Shown one piece after another: positions 9,330 through 17,751 of a stretch of DNA of 64,000 nt; position 1 is the first letter of the stretch, and each line of letters opens with the position of its first letter. The position numbers were made by a program, and so were the translations under genes. A model generated the notes under the pieces. The model was not told where the DNA came from and searched no databases. It was given only the letters and a program-made list of their open reading frames with translations. Source of the DNA: Bacteroidales bacterium (GTDB lineage: Bacteria; Bacteroidota; Bacteroidia; Bacteroidales; WCHB1-69); assembly GCA_017962845.1 (NCBI GenBank), contig JAGCUN010000015.1, positions 84,539-148,538 of the forward strand, written 5' to 3'.

Positions 9330-9884
9330 TTAGCGACGGTCGCGCAACGCTTGATCCACCTGCGCGTACAGCTCCTCCAACGAGCCGTCGTTGGTCAGCA
9401 CCGCCGAGGCGCGACGGATGCATTCCGAAAGGTTCTGCTTGTTGGGGTCGTCGGAGGTCATCTCGCGTTTTTCGTTAGCCATAAAGGTCTCAAAATCAAT
9501 GTGGTCGGTTTCGGAGGCACGCAACACCACCCGCTGGTAGCGAATCTTCGGGTCGGCATTTACCGCCCAGAGACTGAAGTCGGCCTTGCCTTCTAAGGAG
9601 TCGATCTCGCCCGGCGTGCGGATGCTCTCGATGATGGCATTCTGTCCCGATGCCGCCGCTTGAAGATACAGCTGGTCAACAATATACGACGGGGTGTGGT
9701 GCGCCCGCAGGTCGTTGGCCACCGAGGTGAACGAGTCGCGGTTGGGCTCCATACCCCGCTTCAATACCTCGCCGCGCAGAAATTCGCGCACCGAAAAATG
9801 CACAAAGCCATACTTCTCTTTCAAATAGTCCACCACCGTGCCTTTTCCTGCTCCTAATGTTCCTGTAATTCCTATAATGATCAT
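9330..9884 (-). CDS. P-loop nucleotide/nucleoside kinase family protein
   Basis: 184-aa ORF with Walker A GITGTLGAGKGT at the N-terminus and a size typical of small NMP or dephospho-CoA kinase-like proteins. Confidence 0.65.
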   Translation of the reverse strand: MIIIGITGTLGAGKGTVVDYLKEKYGFVHFSVREFLRGEVLKRGMEPNRDSFTSVANDLRAHHTPSYIVDQLYLQAAASGQNAIIESIRTPGEIDSLEGKADFSLWAVNADPKIRYQRVVLRASETDHIDFETFMANEKREMTSDDPNKQNLSECIRRASAVLTNDGSLEELYAQVDQALRDRR

Positions 9885-9896
9885 ATCGTAAGTTTT

Positions 9897-11030
9897 TTAT
9901 TTCCAACATTTTTCTACTATTTTGCCCATCACCTCGCGCACCTTTTCCTGCTCTTGCTCCGTCAGCTCCGTATGCATCGGCAACGAAAGCACGGTGTCGG
10001 CCAGATGCTCCGCCACCGGAAAGTCGCCGCGCCGGTAGCCCAACTCCGCAAACACAGGCTGGAGGTGCAACGGCACGGGATAATACACCATCGTGGGCAC
10101 CCCATCGGCTCGCAACAACTCCTGCAATAGGTCGCGATTGATCCCGTCGGCGAGGCGCACGGTATATTGGTGAAACACATGAGTGCTGTATGAAGCGCGG
10201 TACGGCACCGTCAGCCAGTCGCAACCCGCAAAGAGCGCGTCGTACCGGTCGGCAGCCGCCTGCCGAACCTGCGTGAACTCTCCTAAATGGCGGAGCTTCA
10301 CGTTCAAGATGGCCGCCTGCAGCGTGTCGAGCCGCGAGTTCACGCCCACCCGTTCATGATGATACTTTTTCTCAGCTCCATGGTTGGCTATGCAGGCGAC
10401 CTCTTTCGCCAGTTCTGCATCGTGCGTGAACATCGCACCGCCATCGCCATAACAGCCCAAGTTCTTGGTGGGGAAAAAAGAGGTGCAGCCGAAGGTTCCC
10501 ATCGTGCCGGTCATTTTCCGCTGACCATCGGCAAAAATATACTCTGCGCCTATCGACTGGCAGGCATCCTCCACCACGTACAACCCGTGCTTTTCGGCCA
10601 TTTGCAACAGCGGAGCCATGTTGGCGCTCTGTCCGTACAGGTGCACCGGCAGGATGGCCTTCGTGCGCGGAGTGATGGCCGCTTCGATTTGATGAACGTC
10701 AATATGAAAGGTATTTTCTTCCACATCTACAAACACTGGCTTGACACGCAGCAGGGCCATCACCTCGGCGGTGGCGATAAAGGTGAACGGCGTGGTGATG
10801 ACCTCATCGCCGGGTTGCAGGCCGAGTGCCATCAGCGCAATTTGCAAGGCATCAGTTCCACTGCCGCAGCCGATAACGTGGGGGATGGAAAGAAAACGGG
10901 AAAGATTTTCCTGAAATTCAGTTACTTCCGCACCTTTTATGTACGCTCCAGAGGCCATTACTTTCTCCACGGCCTCATCTATTTCGGCCTTCAGTCGCTC
11001 ATATTGACCATTTAGATCCACCATTTTCAT
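9897..11030 (-). CDS. DegT/DnrJ/EryC1/StrS-family sugar aminotransferase
   Basis: Motifs GSGTDAL and SFFPTKNLGCYGDGGA. The start is placed at MKMVDLNGQY (11030) because a -7 box overlaps the longest-ORF start at 11057. Confidence 0.9.
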   Translation of the reverse strand: MKMVDLNGQYERLKAEIDEAVEKVMASGAYIKGAEVTEFQENLSRFLSIPHVIGCGSGTDALQIALMALGLQPGDEVITTPFTFIATAEVMALLRVKPVFVDVEENTFHIDVHQIEAAITPRTKAILPVHLYGQSANMAPLLQMAEKHGLYVVEDACQSIGAEYIFADGQRKMTGTMGTFGCTSFFPTKNLGCYGDGGAMFTHDAELAKEVACIANHGAEKKYHHERVGVNSRLDTLQAAILNVKLRHLGEFTQVRQAAADRYDALFAGCDWLTVPYRASYSTHVFHQYTVRLADGINRDLLQELLRADGVPTMVYYPVPLHLQPVFAELGYRRGDFPVAEHLADTVLSLPMHTELTEQEQEKVREVMGKIVEKCWK

Positions 11031-11054
11031 CCTTCGTTCATTTTTTTGAAACGG

Positions 11055-11062
11055 CAAAAATA
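11055..11062 (-). promoter_or_regulatory. Bacteroidota -7 box (TATTTTTG on the minus strand) for the DegT-family gene
   Basis: The plus strand reads CAAAAATA, 24 nt upstream of the ATG at 11030. Confidence 0.45.
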
Positions 11063-11112
11063 CTAAAAAAATATAATTTTCTTATAAAGACGATTATTTC
11101 ATTAAAAAATTG

Positions 11113-11120
11113 TATCTTTG
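11113..11120 (+). promoter_or_regulatory. Bacteroidota -7 box TATCTTTG
   Basis: Exact TAnnTTTG match 36 nt upstream of the ATG at 11157. Confidence 0.5.
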
Positions 11121-11156
11121 CCGCCGAAAATCATTTATTAACCAAATTATATTATC

Positions 11157-12536
11157 ATGAAAAAACTTTTTACTCTTGTCGTTGCAATGGCACTGGTTTC
11201 CATGTCATTTGCACAGGGTCTGTTGATTAACACCAACACCCAGGTTCAACTTCCTGAGAACCAGCGTTCCGACTGGTACGGCTTCTATGCCACCTCTGGT
11301 TCTGTTTTCGTAATGGCCGCTGAAAGCGAGTACTGCCTCCGTATTCCCGAAGGTGAAATTCCCGCAGGCGCACAGCTCGAGAGAGTTCGTTTCTATCACA
11401 CCACCAGCGACCACGTAACCGGTAATAATGTTCCTACCTTCAACAACGAAACTTACGTTATCCGTATCTACACCGGTACCGTTTACGATGCTGAAAACAG
11501 CGATATCACTCCCGGTACGCTCGTTTATTCTCAAAACTACACTGTTCCGGATGGCGATGACGGCCTTGGTATCAATGTGTGTGAACTCGCTACTCCTTTC
11601 ACCATGCCCGCTACCGGTGATGTCACCGTTAGTATCTATGCCGCTGAAGCTGCCGCTGTTTGCCTCTGCCCCACCGATGAGGATTGCGCAGATAACAACT
11701 TCGCCCTTTTTGGCGACCGCCCCAACGATGGTTATCATCACTGGGTATTCGGTAGCGAATATGATGAGAACAACCAACTCATCGCTTCCCACAAACCCTT
11801 CCTGTTGACGGTTTACTACAACGACGGTCAGGCTTATCAGCCGAAGAGCGACCTCTATGCTGAAATTTATGACCCGCAGGATGAGCAGACCTATCCGGAT
11901 GAATTGGACGAAGACGACTTCATCGTCGTTGACCAGTACACCGACTCCCTCTATTTCTACGGTGGTGCTTTCAACACTGGCGTTGACCCCGCTATCGGTT
12001 ACTACACTTTGAGCCTCTACATCGATGGTGAAACTCCTTTCTATTTCCCGGATCTCGAAAATGCAGCCATCAACGATGAACCCGATACCCTTGAAATGTA
12101 CTACGGCTGGAGATGGCATTTCAACCTCCTCGACTGGGATCTTGATGCTGACGTGTTGGAGCCCTTCGGATGGCCCACTCAAGATCTGCACCTCTGCATG
12201 CACATCGGTTATGAAAGCACCGCTGAATACAATGGTGTTGACCCGAACCTCAACAACAATACCTTCTGCGCTACCTATCACTATGACAACGGTATCAAAG
12301 AAAGCAACAACACTCTGAATGTTTACCCGAACCCCGCTTGCAACGAAATCACTATCGACAACGCTGCCGGCGCTCAGGTTTCCATCTACAACGTGGCTGG
12401 TCAGGAAGTGATGAGCATCGAAAATGCTAACGCCTCCGCTACCATCAACGTGGCTAACCTCACCGAAGGTTTGTACATCGTTCGCGTTGTGAACGGCAAC
12501 GAAGTGGCTACCAGCAAGGTGAACATCGTTCGCTAA
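11157..12536 (+). CDS. Secreted protein with a canonical T9SS type-A C-terminal sorting domain
   Basis: 459-aa ORF with signal peptide MKKLFTLVVAMALVSMSFAQ. The last 73 aa (12315-12533), LNVYPNPACNEITI...LTEGLYIVRVVNGNEVATSKVNIVR, fit the Por secretion tail pattern. Confidence 0.8.
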   Translation: MKKLFTLVVAMALVSMSFAQGLLINTNTQVQLPENQRSDWYGFYATSGSVFVMAAESEYCLRIPEGEIPAGAQLERVRFYHTTSDHVTGNNVPTFNNETYVIRIYTGTVYDAENSDITPGTLVYSQNYTVPDGDDGLGINVCELATPFTMPATGDVTVSIYAAEAAAVCLCPTDEDCADNNFALFGDRPNDGYHHWVFGSEYDENNQLIASHKPFLLTVYYNDGQAYQPKSDLYAEIYDPQDEQTYPDELDEDDFIVVDQYTDSLYFYGGAFNTGVDPAIGYYTLSLYIDGETPFYFPDLENAAINDEPDTLEMYYGWRWHFNLLDWDLDADVLEPFGWPTQDLHLCMHIGYESTAEYNGVDPNLNNNTFCATYHYDNGIKESNNTLNVYPNPACNEITIDNAAGAQVSIYNVAGQEVMSIENANASATINVANLTEGLYIVRVVNGNEVATSKVNIVR

Positions 12537-12559
12537 TTCTGAACCACTCATTCCTGAAT

Positions 12560-12592
12560 AAAAAAACACCTCCACTGCGGAGGTGTTTTTTT
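12560..12592 (+). terminator. Rho-independent terminator
   Basis: A-run, stem CACCTCC, loop ACTGC, stem GGAGGTG, then a T7 run. Confidence 0.8.
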
Positions 12593-12643
12593 ATACAATA
12601 TTTTCAAGCAAAAGCCGTTGATTGCAATGTAAATCCATCTATC

Positions 12644-13204
12644 ATGCGCCTATTTACTGGCTTCCGATTACAACTTTCAAAAGAGTATGACCCTTTGATG
12701 GCCGAGCTGCAACGCCGCACCTATTACGATACCATCACCTGGGTCAATAATGATCTTTCCCATATCACCCTCCGTTTCATCGGGAAAACCCCGTCCGCTC
12801 AAGTGAAACCTATCGCCGAAGCGCTACAGAATATCGCAACCAATACTCCAGAATTGGATCTCGAAATCAACAAACTTAGAGTTTTCGGTTCACATTACGC
12901 TCCTAAGGTGCTTTGGTTGGGCATCAGCAACACTCCCGAACTCCAGCAGCTCTACAACTCCATCGATGAAGCCCTTCGTCAACTCAAATTTCAACTTCCA
13001 GAAGAGAACTATGTACCGCATATCACATTAGGAAGAATTAAAAAAATCGATAATAAAAACAGATTCTGGCAGATGTTCGAAGATCTTCAACCCTCTTTCC
13101 ACCAAAAATTCCATATCTCCCATATCTCCTTGATACGAAGTCAACTTGAAAAAGAAGGACCTATTTATACTACTTTGTACGACTTTCCTCTTTCTGCCCA
13201 ATAA
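12644..13204 (+). CDS. thpR: RNA 2',3'-cyclic phosphodiesterase (2'-5' RNA ligase family)
   Basis: 186-aa ORF with the two HxT motifs of the 2H phosphoesterase family, HITLRFIG and HITLGRI. Confidence 0.85.
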   Translation: MRLFTGFRLQLSKEYDPLMAELQRRTYYDTITWVNNDLSHITLRFIGKTPSAQVKPIAEALQNIATNTPELDLEINKLRVFGSHYAPKVLWLGISNTPELQQLYNSIDEALRQLKFQLPEENYVPHITLGRIKKIDNKNRFWQMFEDLQPSFHQKFHISHISLIRSQLEKEGPIYTTLYDFPLSAQ

Positions 13205-13239
13205 ATGCCAATAATTGGCAGTTTTCAACCCGTTTCAAC

Positions 13240-14250
13240 ATGAAAGCCAGCAAAACTATTGCTTATATCCTCGCTCCTATTGTGCTGATTGCGACGGCCA
13301 TCATAGCTGCCACCATCGGAGTGGTCTCCATCCCTAATGAAGCAATTGTGGACATTTTAAAAGCAAAGCTTACTGGTGGAGAAGTGACAGAGAACTGGCA
13401 GATTTACGAGATGACGCTTTGGAATCTGCGCATTCCCCGCATCCTGATGAGTCTGCTGGCTGGCAGCGCATTAGCCATCTGCGGCGCCTCCTTCCAGTCC
13501 ATCTTCCGCAACCCCATCTGCGACCCCTATATCCTTGGCATCTCCTCTGGTGCTTCCCTCGGCGCCGCCATCGCCATCATCACCGGACTGTCCGCCTTTA
13601 CCTTCGGTCTGCCCGCCGCCGCAATGGTCTCCGCCCTCGGCACCCTCTTCCTGATCATCGGCATCGCTTTTATCGGACGACAGAAGTCTGTAAAAACCCT
13701 TCTCCTCGCGGGCATTGCCATTAACTTTCTCATTTCCGCCATCATCACCCTGCTAATGGTCGTCCACCAAGAGTCTTTTGAACAGATCATCTACTGGACC
13801 ATGGGTAGTTTCGCCTCCTCCTCGTGGACTTCCACCATCATCCTCTTTTTTATTCTTACAGCTTGTACCATCTTCCTCTTTTTCAATACTAAAAATCTCA
13901 ACATCTTACAATTAGGACGCGATACGGCACAATCTTCTGGAGTGAATGTACAACGAACCACGTTGAGCGTGCTCATCGTTTCTTCCATACTGATTGCCGC
14001 CACGGTAGCCTGCTGCGGTGTCATCGGTTTCGTCGGACTCATCATCCCTCATATCGTTCGCCTCATCTTCGGCAACAACAACCGCACCGTCTTCTTCTTC
14101 TCCCTCTGCTTTGGTGCCATCTTCTGTCTATTTGCTGATACCCTCGCCCGCTCTATCGTTGCCCGTTCCGAACTCCCTGTTGGTAGTATCACAGCCCTCA
14201 TCGGAGCTCCCTATTTTATTTTTCTCCTGCTCTCTAAAAAAAGAAAATAA
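13240..14250 (+). CDS. FecCD/BtuC-family iron-siderophore/cobalamin ABC transporter permease
   Basis: 336-aa polytopic membrane protein with the typical FecCD sequence (RIPRILMSLLAGSALAICGASFQSIFRNPICDPYILGISSGASLG). Confidence 0.9.
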   Translation: MKASKTIAYILAPIVLIATAIIAATIGVVSIPNEAIVDILKAKLTGGEVTENWQIYEMTLWNLRIPRILMSLLAGSALAICGASFQSIFRNPICDPYILGISSGASLGAAIAIITGLSAFTFGLPAAAMVSALGTLFLIIGIAFIGRQKSVKTLLLAGIAINFLISAIITLLMVVHQESFEQIIYWTMGSFASSSWTSTIILFFILTACTIFLFFNTKNLNILQLGRDTAQSSGVNVQRTTLSVLIVSSILIAATVACCGVIGFVGLIIPHIVRLIFGNNNRTVFFFSLCFGAIFCLFADTLARSIVARSELPVGSITALIGAPYFIFLLLSKKRK

Positions 14251-14660
14251 GACATAATTATGAACTCGTAAATGTGGATAAATATTGATAACATTCCCTT
14301 TATCAACACAAAAATTTCTGCTTGTCCTCTCCACTAAAAGTTTTCAATTTTTATCAAAAGATTTCCAACATTGCACAACTCAATTTTCAACATCAAAAAA
14401 ATTTATTACCCTTTTCAATTTTCAACAAAAGCATTTTTCAACAAATTTTGATAGAAATTTATCTCACTTTGGACATCAGACATTTACTCTAAAAATAATT
14501 GTTGAAAAGCAGTTAGTAAATGCTGACAACTTAAAAAGCAAATATTTCTTCAAAAAGTTATCACAATTGTCAACACCAATAATATGTCTATTAAATACCT
14601 TTTTATAAAAAATGAATTTTAGATAATTAATCCCGTTGAAATAATGCTTACTTTTGCACG
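14251..14660. other. 410-bp AT-rich non-coding region with DnaA-box-like 9-mers (candidate oriC or regulatory hub)
   Basis: Perfect DnaA box TGTGGATAA at 14273-14281 and TTATCAACA (1 mismatch) at 14300-14308. TTTTCAACA occurs at 14384, 14419 and 14435, with its reverse complement at 14500. The only ORF here is a low-complexity artefact. Confidence 0.3.
14649..14656 (+). promoter_or_regulatory. Bacteroidota -7 box TACTTTTG, 4 nt from the ATG (leaderless-type arrangement)
   Basis: TACTTTTG, then cacg, then the ATG at 14661. Confidence 0.5.
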
Positions 14661-15446
14661 ATGAAAAAATGGTCTCTATTGTTGCTGCTGCTGCTGCTCA
14701 TCGGAGCTGGGATGGCGCAAACCAAAAGGTTGGTGGGCACTGTCTATAATTCATCAGGTATTGTTCCTATTGTGGGATGTCAGGTTCATAATATCAATAC
14801 AGGAGAGTATGTTTTTGGAGATGAAAAGGGAGTTTATAGAATTACGGTTTCATTGAATGATTCTTTGGTGATCTCTCATTCCGGTTATTCTCAATCTTTG
14901 GAGGTGGTAGACAGTCGAGATTTCACTCGCGGACGCAAAGATGTTATTTTGTATCACAAGGCTTTTATGTTGCCTAATTTTACCTGCTACGGACTCAATC
15001 CCACTTACGAGGGTTTTAAGCGTGATGTGGCTTCCGCCAAACTCCCTGATTCATATAAAAATATTGATGATGTTCATCTTACAAAGGAGGAGAGAAGAAA
15101 TGCCACCTATACTGAAGAAGCACCTAATGTGTTGAAAGGTACTATGTTAGGAAGTCCCATAACTTGGCTATATTCCACCTTCAATAAAAAGGAGAAGATG
15201 AAGAGACTCTATTATGAGATGGAAGGATATGGAGAGGAAATACAGCAAGTACAATTGAAGTATAATCGTGAGCTGGTAGAAGAAATCACAGGTTTGCATG
15301 AACCCGAATTATTGGATTTTATGATGTACTGCCATTTCAGTTATTATAACTTAATTCGTTGGTCTCGTGAAAAAATTATAGATGAAGTTCGTACTAAATT
15401 CTATGAATATCAGTATTTTAAAGCATTAGAAGAAGATGATCAATAA
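14661..15446 (+). CDS. Carboxypeptidase-regulatory-like domain protein (exported)
   Basis: 261-aa ORF with signal MKKWSLLLLLLLLIGAGMAQ. VGTVYNSSGIVPIVGCQVHNINTGEYVFGDEKGVYRITV resembles a CarboxypepD_reg beta-sandwich. Confidence 0.6.
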   Translation: MKKWSLLLLLLLLIGAGMAQTKRLVGTVYNSSGIVPIVGCQVHNINTGEYVFGDEKGVYRITVSLNDSLVISHSGYSQSLEVVDSRDFTRGRKDVILYHKAFMLPNFTCYGLNPTYEGFKRDVASAKLPDSYKNIDDVHLTKEERRNATYTEEAPNVLKGTMLGSPITWLYSTFNKKEKMKRLYYEMEGYGEEIQQVQLKYNRELVEEITGLHEPELLDFMMYCHFSYYNLIRWSREKIIDEVRTKFYEYQYFKALEEDDQ

Positions 15447-15654
15447 AGAATTTTTTCAGAAGAATTTCAATAAATACCATATCATAGGATGTATTCTTTG
15501 TGTCCTGTTGGCCATTGTCTATTGGTGGCTGTCAGGAAGAAACCAGCCGCAGATCTATAAAAGCAACTTGGCACTGGTCATCGTGTGGGGACTTCTGGTA
15601 GGCTGGATTTCATCAGATTTCATCTTCAACGCCCGCAACCGCCACAACGAATAG
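15436..15654 (+). CDS. Small two-helix membrane protein (hypothetical)
   Basis: 72-aa ORF with two hydrophobic segments. It overlaps the upstream gene by 11 nt, which suggests translational coupling. Confidence 0.45.
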   Translation: MINKEFFQKNFNKYHIIGCILCVLLAIVYWWLSGRNQPQIYKSNLALVIVWGLLVGWISSDFIFNARNRHNE

Positions 15655-15690
15655 CCCCTTCCCCCTTCCCAAAATCAACAAATTATCCCC

Positions 15691-15737
15691 TAATCTTTTA
15701 ATCTTTTAATCTTTTAATCTTTTAATCTTTTAATCTT
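15691..15737. repeat. Tandem 8-nt microsatellite (TAATCTTT) x5.9
   Basis: Read directly from the sequence: taatctttTAATCTTTtaatctttTAATCTTTtaatctttTAATCTT. Confidence 0.95.
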
Positions 15738-15757
15738 ATCCTCACATCCTCACATCC
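15738..15757. repeat. Tandem 8-nt repeat (ATCCTCAC) x2.5
   Basis: atcctcacatcctcacatcc lies directly after the first microsatellite. Confidence 0.9.
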
Positions 15758-15762
15758 CCCTC

Positions 15763-17727
15763 CTAAAACCCCACAATCTTAAACTCCGTCCGGCGGTTCA
15801 AAGCTCTACCCTCTTCAGTTTCATTCGTGGCGATAGGCTGACTCATCCCATAGCCCTTAAAGCTCATTCTGTTTTTATCTATTCCTTTGGAAATCAAATA
15901 ATTATAAACGGATTGTGCTCTTTCAAGAGAGAGTTTTTCGTTGTATTCGGCCCTGCCTTGATTATCGGTATGTCCGCCAATTTCAATCTTGATGGTTTTA
16001 TTTTCTTGCAGATAGGAGGCTAATTTATCCAATTCGATGTTGGACTCCTTTTTGAGCGTACTCTGGTCAAAATCGAAGAAAACGTTGCGCAAAACGAAAG
16101 TTTCGCCCACTTCCGGACGACGCAAGGGTATATCTTTGCGGTAAGGTTCGAGTTCGGTGTAATTTTTCTCCAATTGGAAGTTTTCAGAATAGAAGGGATA
16201 ATAGGGATGCGAAACACTCATGCCGATATTGGAACCGGTACGAATACAGGCCAAAAACTCGCCAGTGGCAGGATCCGAAAAGGTGGAGGTGATGACGGTA
16301 CTATCCACTAAATCAATTAATTCAATAGAAGCTTTGAGTGGCTGGTGGGTCACCTCATCATACACTTTTCCTTTAATGTAGGTGACTGGTGTAGGACGAA
16401 GCCGCTCGTCTAACGGAGTAAAGTAATAGAGATCCTGACCGCCGTAGCCCCCTTCACGGTCAGATGAGAAATAGGCGGTAGTACCTCCAGCATTGATGAC
16501 AAAATCAATTTCATCATTTTCTGTGTTGATGGGGTATCCAAGATTGACTGGTTGTGTCCATCCAGTGTCAGTAAGAGTGGTGAAGAAAATGTCATAACCG
16601 CCCATTCCAGGATGTCCATCCGATACAAAGTAAAGCGTTTTTCCATCTGCATGAATAAAAGGACCAGCTTCATAGCGTTCAGTGTTGATTTTAGGTCCGA
16701 GATTTTCAGGAACGGTGAAAACTCCCTCTTCAATCATTTCTGTTTTCCAAATGTCCATCTCTCCGTATCCACCAGGCCGCTTGGACAAAAAGTAAATGGT
16801 TTTACCATCTGGTGCTATTGTAGGTTGTGATTCCCAGTATTTTGTATTGACAGGTTCACCAAAATTTTGAGGTCTGGACCAACGATTTCCAATCCGTTTT
16901 GCCCAGTAAAGATCGCAACTTCCTGAACCCGTTTCTTTCACGTTACAAATTGTATAGAACAGATATTTTCCATCTGGCGAGATGCAATGGGCTCCCTCAT
17001 TGTAGCCAGTATTGAGGGGATAGGGCAATTTGTAACGTGGCTGCCATTCCCCATCCTTTTTCACGCTGCCATAAAAATCCTCTTCTGTTATGCATGTCCA
17101 ACACTGCGTTTTTTTATCTCGGGGCCTTCTTACCGTATAGATGATTTCCTCCTCGTCGGCAGTGACTGCCGGCAGGTATTCATCGTATTCCGAATTGACA
17201 TTGGGACCCATATTAATAGGCGCGAAATTCACAGGATCTTTCAAGGCCAACAAGGCAAATTTGCAGTTTTGGATGCCAAAAAGAGTCTCTTTTTGTAAGG
17301 GGTCGTTAGGTTGGGTGCGATTTAAATATTCTTCAAAATGAAGTATGGCTTCCTGATACATGGCGGCTTTCCACTCCTCATTCGCCGTAATGTAGAATAA
17401 GAGAGGTTTGGGATCTATCGCTAAACGGATGGCCTTATTGTAGCATTCTACCGCTTTTTTTGATTCTAATGAAAAATTATAAATGTCTCCTTCGATAATG
17501 TAAATATCCGCAAATGTGGAGTCTATTTTTTTAGCTTTTTTAAGATAGCTTTGTGCCTTGTCGAAGTTGTGAGAGTTAATCTCATGTTTGGCCTTTTTAC
17601 ATAGGTCAACTACTTTAGGATTAGCATTTTCCTGTGAAAAACCATAAAAGGATAAGCCGATGAAAAACACAAAAATCGACAAGATTTTGCCGATTTTTTT
17701 CATAATGTAAGAATTATTTTTTTTCAT
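15763..17727 (-). CDS. OmpA-family outer-membrane/peptidoglycan-associated protein with TPR and TolB-like (PD40) repeats
   Basis: 654-aa ORF. The C-terminus has an OmpA_C pattern (IEIGGHTDNQGRAEYNEKLSLERAQSVYNYL...NRRTEFKIV). Repeated xPDGKxxYF segments are present, and the N-terminus is TPR-like. Confidence 0.85.
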   Translation of the reverse strand: MKKNNSYIMKKIGKILSIFVFFIGLSFYGFSQENANPKVVDLCKKAKHEINSHNFDKAQSYLKKAKKIDSTFADIYIIEGDIYNFSLESKKAVECYNKAIRLAIDPKPLLFYITANEEWKAAMYQEAILHFEEYLNRTQPNDPLQKETLFGIQNCKFALLALKDPVNFAPINMGPNVNSEYDEYLPAVTADEEEIIYTVRRPRDKKTQCWTCITEEDFYGSVKKDGEWQPRYKLPYPLNTGYNEGAHCISPDGKYLFYTICNVKETGSGSCDLYWAKRIGNRWSRPQNFGEPVNTKYWESQPTIAPDGKTIYFLSKRPGGYGEMDIWKTEMIEEGVFTVPENLGPKINTERYEAGPFIHADGKTLYFVSDGHPGMGGYDIFFTTLTDTGWTQPVNLGYPINTENDEIDFVINAGGTTAYFSSDREGGYGGQDLYYFTPLDERLRPTPVTYIKGKVYDEVTHQPLKASIELIDLVDSTVITSTFSDPATGEFLACIRTGSNIGMSVSHPYYPFYSENFQLEKNYTELEPYRKDIPLRRPEVGETFVLRNVFFDFDQSTLKKESNIELDKLASYLQENKTIKIEIGGHTDNQGRAEYNEKLSLERAQSVYNYLISKGIDKNRMSFKGYGMSQPIATNETEEGRALNRRTEFKIVGF

Positions 17728-17751
17728 TTTTTAAGCAAAACAAATTCAACA

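Noticed and set aside
11205-12575. 456-aa minus-strand ORF almost exactly mirroring the 459-aa T9SS cargo gene
   Set aside because: Its translation is low-complexity (V, G, S and D rich) with no signal or motif. The plus-strand product has a signal peptide, a promoter box, a canonical CTD and a terminator. The open antisense frame follows from codon bias in the sense gene.
14285-14608. 107-aa ORF in the AT-rich gap
   Set aside because: The translation is low-complexity (F, K, S, T, L, Q and N) and typical of AT-rich non-coding DNA. It has no promoter or start context, and the region is better explained as regulatory or origin-like DNA.
15691-15757. Tandem repeats considered as a possible CRISPR array
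   Set aside because: The units are only 8 nt long and directly abutting, with no spacers. There are no cas genes in the window.
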